Of a stretch of DNA of 64,000 bases, positions 54,663-64,000 are shown piece by piece. Source of the DNA: Podospora anserina (lineage: Eukaryota); the NCBI GenBank assembly GCA_017654855.1, contig CM030332.1, positions 6,696,001 through 6,760,000 on the forward strand, read 5' to 3'. Every line of letters starts with the position of its first letter. Within the stretch, counting starts at the first letter, position 1. Below the pieces are notes generated by a model. That model was not told the DNA's origin. It saw nothing but the letters and a program-made list of their open reading frames with translations, and made no database searches. The position numbers and the translations under genes were made by a program.

Positions 54663-55390
54663 GAAACTCACCATGGACGAGAAGGCCTTGTTGCACAGGA
54701 GCTACATGTATGATATTGGCAGTTGTCTACTTCAATTGTGTATGCTTTTGGTAGTGTGTACCCGCCCCACGAACAGTTGTCTGGAACGGTTGTAGGATGG
54801 CAAAAGAGAAACAGATCTTGCATCACACTATGGACTTTTGCAAATTGCAATACTGCCTCTATTGGTTGGAAGGAAGCAGCGGGGGACGGCTCGCTTCTTG
54901 GTTGATGATGTGAGGTCTACGAGACAGTTGCTGGAAGGTACGGGACTCCTTGCTGCGCTTCCGACAACCGCAGGCATCCAACAAAAGTTCTGTCACTTTG
55001 TCACTCAAATGGAAGGCATACTGGCAGCAACTGGCCCTTTCTGTCTCCAGTAGGCTTCCCTCTCCAGTAGGTCTGGGGTGGGCGAGCAACACCAAACCTC
55101 AAGTCCTTGCCCATGCTCTTCAGCAAAACGGGAAGGAACACAGACAGGGCGAAAGCCTTTTTGGCAACTCATGTGACTGACTTCTTCTGCTGTTCACGCA
55201 CCAAGGGCCCCAGCCTTACTAATTCTCTGCAAGTGTCGGCCACCAGTGTCTTCGGTCGGGTTTCGGATTTTTGAGTTGAACGGACGTCCGGTGAGCCGGC
55301 GTCTTACGAGACCGTTATCAACTGCACCCTCCAACATCGAGATTCACTTTTTCAACTCCGCTGTCCCTGCCGTTACTCACCCTTACAAAA

Positions 55391-55908
55391 ATGCATATTT
55401 CTCCACAAGAAGCCCACCACGTCGCCGTTCTTGCCGGCCAGGGAGAATGCGCCAAACTGGTGACAGCCGTCAAAGCTCTAGCGTTGCGAGAACATGAGTC
55501 GCCTGCCGACATCCTTATTGCTTGCAAGGACGACTTTCAACAGACAGCTGCGCATATTGCTGCAAAATCTGGGCAGTCAAGTGTGTTGACGCTTCCCTCT
55601 TGTCCGCAGCCGATACTAATATTCAAACAGAGTCCATCGACACACTATCCGATCTTTTGGATGACAATGAGAAAAGAGCAATCTATTTCAACATGGCTAA
55701 CCGTTTTTCCGGGGATCGGCCCATCCATACAGCCATGCGCCATGGGTATCTGGATGCCTTCAAAGCCTTGGTCAATCATGGCGCGGACCCGACCCTGAAG
55801 AATCGCTTTGGAGATGTCGTTGAGGACTATCCAGGTGACTTCGAGCCAGAGGAGGTATCACGAATTGTGGAGGAGTATAGGACTAAGGTGGACAAACTCA
55901 GGGCATAA
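55391..55908 (+). CDS. Small ankyrin-repeat protein; intron 55581-55630
   Basis: QQTAAHIAAKSGQ and GDRPIHTAMRHGYLDAFKALVNHGADPTLKNRFG; the intron joins the two ORFs in frame. Confidence 0.85.
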
Positions 55909-55951
55909 TTTTGTATTGAGAACTTTGATTACTCTCTAATCTTTACTGTTA

Positions 55952-58061
55952 TCACAGCCACCAACTCCCGACAAAAACAGCCGCAACATAACCCATGAAC
56001 AGGGTATACAGTACCACAAAGTCCACCTCGAACAAAGACCACCTGACATGCTTTGCCTCCTCCGTTGGGTAACGCGCACCGTTTTCCTCCCGCTTTCCGA
56101 GAAGTCTGTCCCGCTCAGGTACGCTAGGCGGCCGGAGAGCGTACCTCAGCGGCGTCAAGCATCCCAACATGGTCGGAAACCAAAGATGTGATGGCCACGC
56201 TACTGTCTTGAGCAGCTCAATCCACATGTCCCTATTGAAAACCCAGTTGCCAGACATCCAATGCGGTCCGAGTACCCGGAATGCCTGGAGGGAGACACAT
56301 GAGGCAAATGCCAGCACGACGCTCAGTTGAACCCAGGCACCACAGTCGAAAAGGATATGGCGCAGCCGCTCGCGGAAAGGAGCACGGCGTGCAGGGTTCC
56401 GCTCTTGGAGGCTGTTGGCAATGCTCCCCGTTGGGGTGAATCCATCAGGCTTACCCAGGAAAAACGTCTTGAACCACGCAACAGTGTAATCTGTGTCATG
56501 TTAGCCGACGGTCCTTTCAAGAGTCTGGCGGACTTACAATGAGACATGTATCTCATCATACCCGTCTCCATGACTGCAACCCGGTACCCAGCCATCACAC
56601 CGATGTGGCAGTCATGAAGATAGCGTGTCAGGACAATGGCACAGTAAAGTCGAAGCAATAGCTTCATTTCCGCCTCGTCTCGCCAATACATCAGGTGCGT
56701 ACCAGTCAAGAACACAAAGGGCGTCAACAACATGAATACCGTGGCTAGCTGAGCCTTGGCGTGGACGTTGATACCGCTGGAGAAGCCGACCAACTTGGCA
56801 GCAAGGGTCATCCGCTTGGTCAGTTTGCTGGAGAGATATCCCTTGAAGTTGACAAACATCTGAGCTCCACCGATGTACTGCTCTCATCATTAGGACAGAT
56901 GACACCACACGAAAGTATAGGGGAACGTACCCATCGAGCAAATTGCTTCACATGAGCAGCATATGTTTCGGGAACCAGACCATACTGAAGCGACTCGGCC
57001 AGATAGGCAGAACGCCACCCCTCTGCCATCTGCAGCATGGAGCTGTAGATATCCTCGACAAGGCAGTCTGTAGGAAACCCACCGATATCGTCCACCGCCT
57101 CTCTTCGGACGACCCAGCCAGATCCGAGATTCCTGTCCAGTGTCAGTCGCTGGGCCCCAAGGCTTCGAGGGATTACTTACCAGCCGAGTCCGGCATGGTC
57201 CCTGATGATGTCCATACAAAGCCAGTTGATAGAACTCTGCTGATTCAGCGGGTCATTGTCCGGCACATTGTAGAACAATTGGGCAGGACAAACAACTCCC
57301 ATCTTGGGATCCCTGATCAGATGTGCAACACACGCCCTCAGCCACCTCTTTTCAGGAATCATATCAGCATCCAACCCAGCTACAAGCTCAGCCCGCCCAC
57401 CAGGCAGGGTGTCAGACACAGTAATTGCATGATTGAGGTTGCCAGCTTTGTACCCTGCCGGCCCATACTTGACACGCGCGGTGTAATACAAGTTGGGCGT
57501 GTCGGCGGCCAGCTGCAAAACCCAAGCCTCCAGCTTTTGGTTCCTGCCATCATCAGACACGATGACTCTGAACCGATGAGCAGGGTAGTCGATGTTGAGT
57601 GTAGCGCGAACGGTATCTTGGATGATGTCGAGCTTCTCGTTGCAGACTGGGATGATGATGTCCACGCACGGCACATTATCACCCAGTAACCGAAGTCTGG
57701 GCCGATACCGAGCAAACAAGGATGCTGCTTTGACCAAAGAGGCAGCGATTGCGTCGGCTGTGTGTAGGTTTCCAGTCAGTGTTCTGATCAAATCTTTCTA
57801 GGCACCAAGGATCGGCTTACCTGACCAGAGACCCTCAATGGCAAAAGCAAACCAAGCGAGATAGAGCTTGACTCCACCCAAGCTTCCGTCCTGTCCAAGA
57901 GCCAACAGGATCTCTCCCTGGATCTTGGAAGCCCATAAAAGCAGAAGGCAAGGGATGATGGCAGTCAAAAACACGAACCGGGTCAAGAATCGACGCACAG
58001 GCCCGAAGTTGGACTGGATTTGGTCGTATTCTTCGCCATTACCGATTTCAGTAACCACCAT
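55952..58061 (-). CDS. Processive GT2 glycosyltransferase, cellulose-synthase-like (at least 5 exons; 5' end uncertain, frame open to about 58270)
   Basis: VDIIIPVCNE, SDDG, KAGNLN, LDADMIP, AQLFYNVP, LVED, QFARW (QxxRW), FTPTG and C-terminal TM helices. Introns at 57758-57820, 57133-57180, about 56878-56930 and about 56491-56537 all restore frame. Confidence 0.9.
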
Positions 58062-59651
58062 GCAATCTGTGTCGGTGATGGTGTTGTCAAAGGTAATTGG
58101 ATTGCCCAAACTGTCCCAAAGAAGAGGAAGAGATGCTTTGGAGGTTGACAGAATGGATGATGTTGACTTGTTTCGGCCGTGAGAGGTTGGAAGGGGCGCT
58201 TTGGCCGCCTGCCTGAGGCGATAGTCGTCCTCTACCGGAGAGTGTATTTTGTACTTGAGACTAACATGAGAGTGTCAGATGACGGGAGGTATCTCAAGGT
58301 TTTAAGTGTCTACGGCTTCTAGGCGCTGCTCGACTTGCTATCCAACTTTTCATCGCGCTCCTCCACCGAGACCGGAACAGCACACGCCGGACGGAGAACT
58401 AGACGAGAGGTTCTGTTCCAGTCACCGGATAGACTCATCTCGACGCCATCGAGCTGTGCGTGATGCAGGTTGTGCCATCACACCAACGATTCACGCATAT
58501 CAGGGCAGGGTGTCAGAGTCTACGAGGCGCCAACAGGCGGAGACGGCGATAACGACCTGCCTGTCCCGGTGGTTTCCCGCGTCTCTCTGTCGGCACCAAA
58601 TTTCGTGATAGTAATGACTCGGACTTGACAACCAACTCCACCATTTCCTCCATTCTCGGCGGCATCCTCGGTCCTGACCCCTCACCTCCGCAGTCTGGAT
58701 TCTTCACCGCTACAATCGACAGAATCAAATGTCGACAGGAGGACATTCAAGAACCCACTTTCTGCAATAGAACCGCTTCATGCTACATAGGTATACATCC
58801 CATAACCAGCCACAGAGTTCCCACACGGCCCCTGCGTGCCGTAGCGGCCTGGAAATAAGAACTCTAAGTCAACCACCCTACACCCACCATTCCGGTAGGC
58901 TAGCCTTGACCCATGGCAGACGAACTGGTTACACAAGAAATGTCAGACGTTCAAAGGAATTGGTGGGATAACAGACTAGTCGAACGGTTGGATACCGGTT
59001 GACTGGCTGTGGCTGTCGTTGCCTCGCACACAGAACATGAGCTAGGATTCCTTCAAGAATGATGAATTCATGCACGTGGCTCAAAATATCGCAGGAACAC
59101 TAGAAAACAACAAGCAAGATCGAAAATTCACCAGGGATCGGTTAAAATGGAAATTTTCGAGGACACTACAACAACCCATGCCAGGATCACGATGGACCTA
59201 TGCATGCACCAGTTGCACTATTGACCCTTGATAAGTGGCAGCAAAGGATCAGTCACAGCTCGCCACCGAGCGGATCGTGAAAAAATTCAAGAAAACTGGA
59301 TGCGGGCCACAGATGGTGTGGGCGCTAGAGATTGTTGTTGTGGGCCAAGACATGGGGATAGATAGGGGTTCCATTCATGCAGCACAGTCTTGACAACACA
59401 ACCTGTTGCTATCATCTCCATATGGAATGCCAGTCTGGACCAACCGAAAAAGAGGAGATATTGCGCAATCTAATGCGAAGCAAAGATGTTTGAACAGCTG
59501 AGCACATCCATCATGGACCCTTGTTCACGCCCTTTCGTCTGTTTCGGATGAAGATGGACCTGTCTGACCTCTGCCTCGCCTCGTTCTTGGTCGGCTTTCA
59601 TGCCTGAAATCAAGCTCAACTCTTGAAGCTCTATGAAAGTAATTTACAGCA

Positions 59652-61254
59652 ATGTCAGGCCTAATCAAAATTGCCTCACTGGCAGTTGTGCTATTCCTGT
59701 TCCTAGCCCTCACCTTTCAGTTCCAGTTCAACACAAGCGTCTACGTCCTAGTACAGCAAAGACAAGAGCACGCAAACGCTAGAAACATTGGCCGGTGGGA
59801 ACAGAGCATACCCCTTCCCATCGTCCCTGTAGCTATTGCGGTGCTGCCAAGAACAGGCAAAGTCCTCGCCTGGGCTGCCGACAAGCCAAATGTCTTCTCT
59901 AACGCGACGACACATACTCTCTCCGTCATCTACGACCCATCAACGCACCAGGTCAACAATCAGAATGTCACCATCACACACCACAACATGTTCTGTCCCG
60001 GCCTCTCGCTCGACACCTCCGGACGGGTAGTTATTACAGGTGGCAGCACTTCGGATGCAACCAGCATCTATGACGAAGTCCAAGGGAGATGGCTTTCCGG
60101 CCCACCCTTGACTGTTGGTCGAGGGTATCACTCTCAAGCGACCCTCTCCGACGGACGCGTCTTTACCATCGGCGGTTCCTGGAGCGGTCCTCTGGGTGGC
60201 AAGAACGGGGAGATATTCGACCCCAACAAGCAAACCTGGACAGCCCTTCCAAACACCCTCGCAGAGCCACTCCTCACAAGCGACTTCCTCGGCCCCTTCG
60301 CAGGCGACAACCACGCCTGGCTCTTTGCCTGGAGGAACGACTCCGTTTTCCAAGCCGGGCCTTCCAGAGCCATGAACTGGTACGGGGTTTCCTCCTCAGG
60401 AGTCTGCCAACCCGCAGGTTCTCGAGGAAAAGACACCGATTCAATGAACGGAAACGCGGTGATGTACGACGCCCTAGCAGGGAAGATCTTGGCTGTGGGG
60501 GGTGCGCAGCATTATAACGACGCCGCCGCGACTAACGCTACCCACATCGTCACCCTCCCCTCCGACCCGTTCACCATGCCGCAGGTCCAGGAGCTAAAGG
60601 GGATGAAATATCCCCGAGCATACGCCAACAGCGTTCTACTCCCAACCGGCGAGGTTCTCATCACCGGCGGAGCAACATACGCGAAGCAATGGGCGGACGT
60701 CAACGCAACGCTCGTGCCGGAGTTGTTCAACCCTGACACGCTGACTTTCACACCGCTGGCCAAGATGCCCCATTCCAAGAACATATCACAGTGTTGCTGT
60801 GCTATTGCCTGATGCAACTGTGTTGACCGGGGGAGGGGGCTTGTGCTGGGAGAAGTGCTTGGGGCCGGAGGAGGAGATAAACCACTTGGATTTGCAGAGG
60901 TTCACACCACCTTATCTGCTGAGTGGAGATCCGCGACCAAAGATCCTGGAGATTTCCGACACTGAGGTGGATCTGGGAGGAGTGTTTGAATTGCTGGTAG
61001 GCGGGGAGGTGGCAGAGGTAGCGATGGTGAGGTACAGCAGTGCGACACATGCGATCAATACTGACCAGAGGAGGGTGAGGCTTGTTCCAACGGGGTTGGG
61101 GAAGCAGAAAGGGAGAGCGCTGCATAGAGTTGAAATTCCCGAAGACGGAGGGGTGGTGGTGCCAGGATATTGGATGGTCTTTGCCATCTCATCAGGGAAA
61201 GGGGGAATGAAGGTGCCATCAGTAGCAGAGACAATTTTGATCCGGGCAAAGTGA
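59652..61254 (+). CDS. Radical-copper oxidase, galactose-oxidase-like (AA5_2), no CBM32; +1 frameshift at 60768-60771 (sequencing error or pseudogene)
   Basis: HNMFCPG (Cys of the Cys-Tyr cofactor), RGYHS (Tyr), GGSWSG, DNHAWLF. RTYHSVAVLLPDA and ATHAINTDQRR (Cu ligands) lie in the next frame. Confidence 0.88.
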
Positions 61255-61269
61255 ATGAACACAAGTTTA

Positions 61270-63427
61270 TTAAAGCAAACTCCACTCGGACAAGGGCACT
61301 GGTGACGTAAAAGAACATTGCACCCCAGGCTCCGAAATCGGGCAGAAAATAACAGACACCGTCAAACTGCCTGGCGGAAGATCAACAGCCAGAACACTGA
61401 CCCCGGGGTTCGGCAGATCTTCTCGGCCACCTGAGAGAGGATGCAGCTTGGGTGACCGAACTGGCTTGGTAGTACGAAAGACTGCAGCTCGGGGTGACAG
61501 GAGTAGCACATCAAGAGCCTTTCCATTCAGGCGTAGATCTGATTATCCGTCGTTAACATCAAAGCAGCGAGAAGGGGTTGGAAAGGACACTCACGGGCTA
61601 TCCTCCCACTGTTACTGTATGTGATATGCGCTTTGGTATGCATTCGCCACTGACTTGTTTCCAACGCGTCAGTTATCTCGTCCTGTATCAACACCTTACT
61701 CCGCTCCGGGAGTAATCGAACTCCACGCTTGATGCTCATGCCGTCATATGCCTGGGTTAGATCCGCAATCCAAAAACCGCCAGCGTCGGTCTTGCCCTTG
61801 GTCTTCTGAGTGACCAGAGTGCTCTCAAACTTCACTGTTGGCTCAGCGTCAACAACCTGGTTTGAGTTGTTGTGGACAATCGTGTTTTGACCAGCTGTAC
61901 CGCAGCGGTAGTAGTCCCATCGGACACTGTCCTGATCTTCACTCGAAAAGTAACCAGGAGCATCGTAGCTGTCTTGGCATAGCTCTGTCGCCCATCGTTC
62001 TCCCAAGGCGTCCAGAACGAAATCACCGGCATCAAGATTGCCATCTGCCAAATATGTCAGTCGATGTTACTGCCTGGATGAAGGGTTGCTTTACGTGTGG
62101 CGTGTCCGGTCATCTTTCCTCCTTTCATGGCGACAAAGACACCATTAGAATCCGTCCAGGAAGATCTCAGTGATACCCAAGCGCCACTGGGGTCAGAGAA
62201 AGCCTTGTCCAGAGGCAGATGATCGTGCCATTCCCCCTTGAGAGAAGATTCATACCAGAGCATTGACAACGGATCAGCCGCATCAGGCCTGTCCCTCTGA
62301 AACAAACCATACTCAGGAATGCCGTACTCCCTCCCATAAAAGAATAGCGAATTCGCCGTAGCAGTAATCTTGGACGGACCGCAATCCCTATAATTGAACT
62401 TTTCCGTCATCCCGATATTATGAATATGAAACATGCCCGTCTCCCGAAACTTGGGATGGCTGTCCAACATCCCAAAGGTACTCCCCAACGATGTTAACAA
62501 CGCCGACGAAAGCTGTGCATGCGCCTGCGTCCCAAAATGCCAATAATCCGGCGTCTCAGCCCACGTCCCGCTCTCGTCAACACTCTTGCCACAGTGCTGC
62601 TCTGCGTTTTCCACCGCCCTCCCCAACAAGCTTCTCGCCACACCACTGGTGTCATCCCCCAACACCGCCAACGCCCCCACAATCATCCCACCCGCAGTAA
62701 CACAGTTCCAGTTCCCCGTCACCCCCAGAAACCACTCCTTCCTCTCAAAGCTCTCCAACCCCTTTCTCAGGCCTAAATCAACAACACTCCATCTTATCCC
62801 CTCTCTCTCCTCAGCTGTCCATGCGTCATAAAGCCAGTCATACGCAATCCCAAACGCGACCAGAAACTCGCCTACATCCAGCCAATGATCCGTGTTCCAG
62901 CTGTCGCCTGGCGTCCCAAACGAAGCACCGGTAGAGTTCCCGGCTGTGTGGACGATTTCTTTCCAAATGCGATCTTTCCACTTGGGGTCGTTGGTCAACC
63001 GGTAGGCGTAAGCCCAGTGCTTGATCCTGAGCTGGACAGTCCTCGCGATGTCGAGGATCCCACTCGTTCCGTCTTTTTTGTAGTCTGGAGGAGGTAAAGA
63101 GAGCATCTCGTCGGCTTGGCGGAAGATGGTTCTGTTCCACTTTGAAAGGTATTCATCACCTGGTATTTGGTCCGGAAGGGAGGCCCATTTTGACGTGTTG
63201 GCGAAGAGGCGGGGATGGGTGGGTTCAAGATGGTGGCCAAGAATCTGGATGGTGGCCTCTTCGTTGTCTGTACTGGCGGCGGTGGGCAGTGGCAATGGTG
63301 TCTGCAAGGTTGCAGTCACCAGCGACGACCGTAAATAAAACGTCAGGGTGATGGTCGACATCGCCAGTGCTGCTGCCACAACGACTGCCCCCGGTACTCG
63401 TGCGCGCGGAGAGGATTGCCAAGACAT
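61270..63427 (-). CDS. Heparinase II/III-like (alpha/alpha toroid + beta-sandwich) putative polysaccharide lyase with N-terminal TM anchor (3 exons; introns about 62045-62095 and 61539-61594)
   Basis: HPRLF, GILDIAR, HWLDVGE...IAYDWLYD, NWNCV, GTWAETPDYWHFG, spliced HGNLDAGDFVLDALGERWA, YYRCGTAGQNTI, WRMHT. Confidence 0.82.
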
Positions 63428-64000
63428 GGTGATAGCTTCAGATGGGTGGGCCCTCAAAAAGCAACCCTCTCAACCTTCAGCACCAGCTGGGAGATGACCG
63501 AAAGAATGATGCAAAACTCGGCAGGGAAAAGAGAGAAAACAGGCTTTTGCTCACGATCCGGCCATCCTTTCATCACGCGGTTCGTCCATTTACGACCCTC
63601 TTGCCATGTCGCTTCTCAGCTCTGCACGAATAGCCCCGTCTGTACTGCAGCAACACGCCACCCCCGGAGCCGCTCCCCGGACTGGTGTAACCGAACTTTG
63701 ATTCCTCCCATCCCCACTCGCCTTAACACCACGGGAAGTGGCGGTCACGATCCCGCGCGAACAAACATTTTGCTGATTCCGAGTTCCGGGAACAACGGTC
63801 TCGAGGTGCATCGGAGGATCGCATCAATGGCTGGCTTGCTGCGCCGGACGCTCCCTAGCACCTATGACGTGGCCGAGTGAGTACAAGTCGCGGGGGGTTC
63901 GTTTGCATTGTTCTACCATCGCGCCACAAGAAAAATGGGTTGGTGCTGGGAGGAATAACGCCGAGCTCGGCTTCAGCGGCCAACGTGGGAACGACATGGA

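Overview
Eukaryotic, intron-containing genomic DNA from a filamentous ascomycete. The short GT-AG introns with CTRAC branch sites and the gene content suggest Sordariomycetes, Podospora-like; this is an inference. About 4-42 kb is mostly housekeeping: SNF2-type ATPase, F-box-like/LRR protein, JAC1, amidase plus MFS transporter, CSN4, SGNH hydrolase, cytochrome b2-like dehydrogenase, DUF3712-like protein, HCNGP-like protein, PRE4, GFA1 and RPT4. About 42-64 kb looks accessory: a Zn2Cys6 factor divergent from a metallo-beta-lactamase-fold hydrolase, two pseudogenes, a Thr-rich membrane protein, a secreted cystine-knot peptide and an ankyrin protein. It ends with the best candidate for an undescribed system: a processive cellulose-synthase-like GT2, an AA5 radical-copper oxidase (with a +1 frameshift in this sequence) and a heparinase II/III-like protein, which together resemble a polysaccharide synthesis/oxidation/cleavage module. 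Introns were placed by eye and no database searches were run. No rRNA, tRNA, CRISPR array or intact transposon was recognised.
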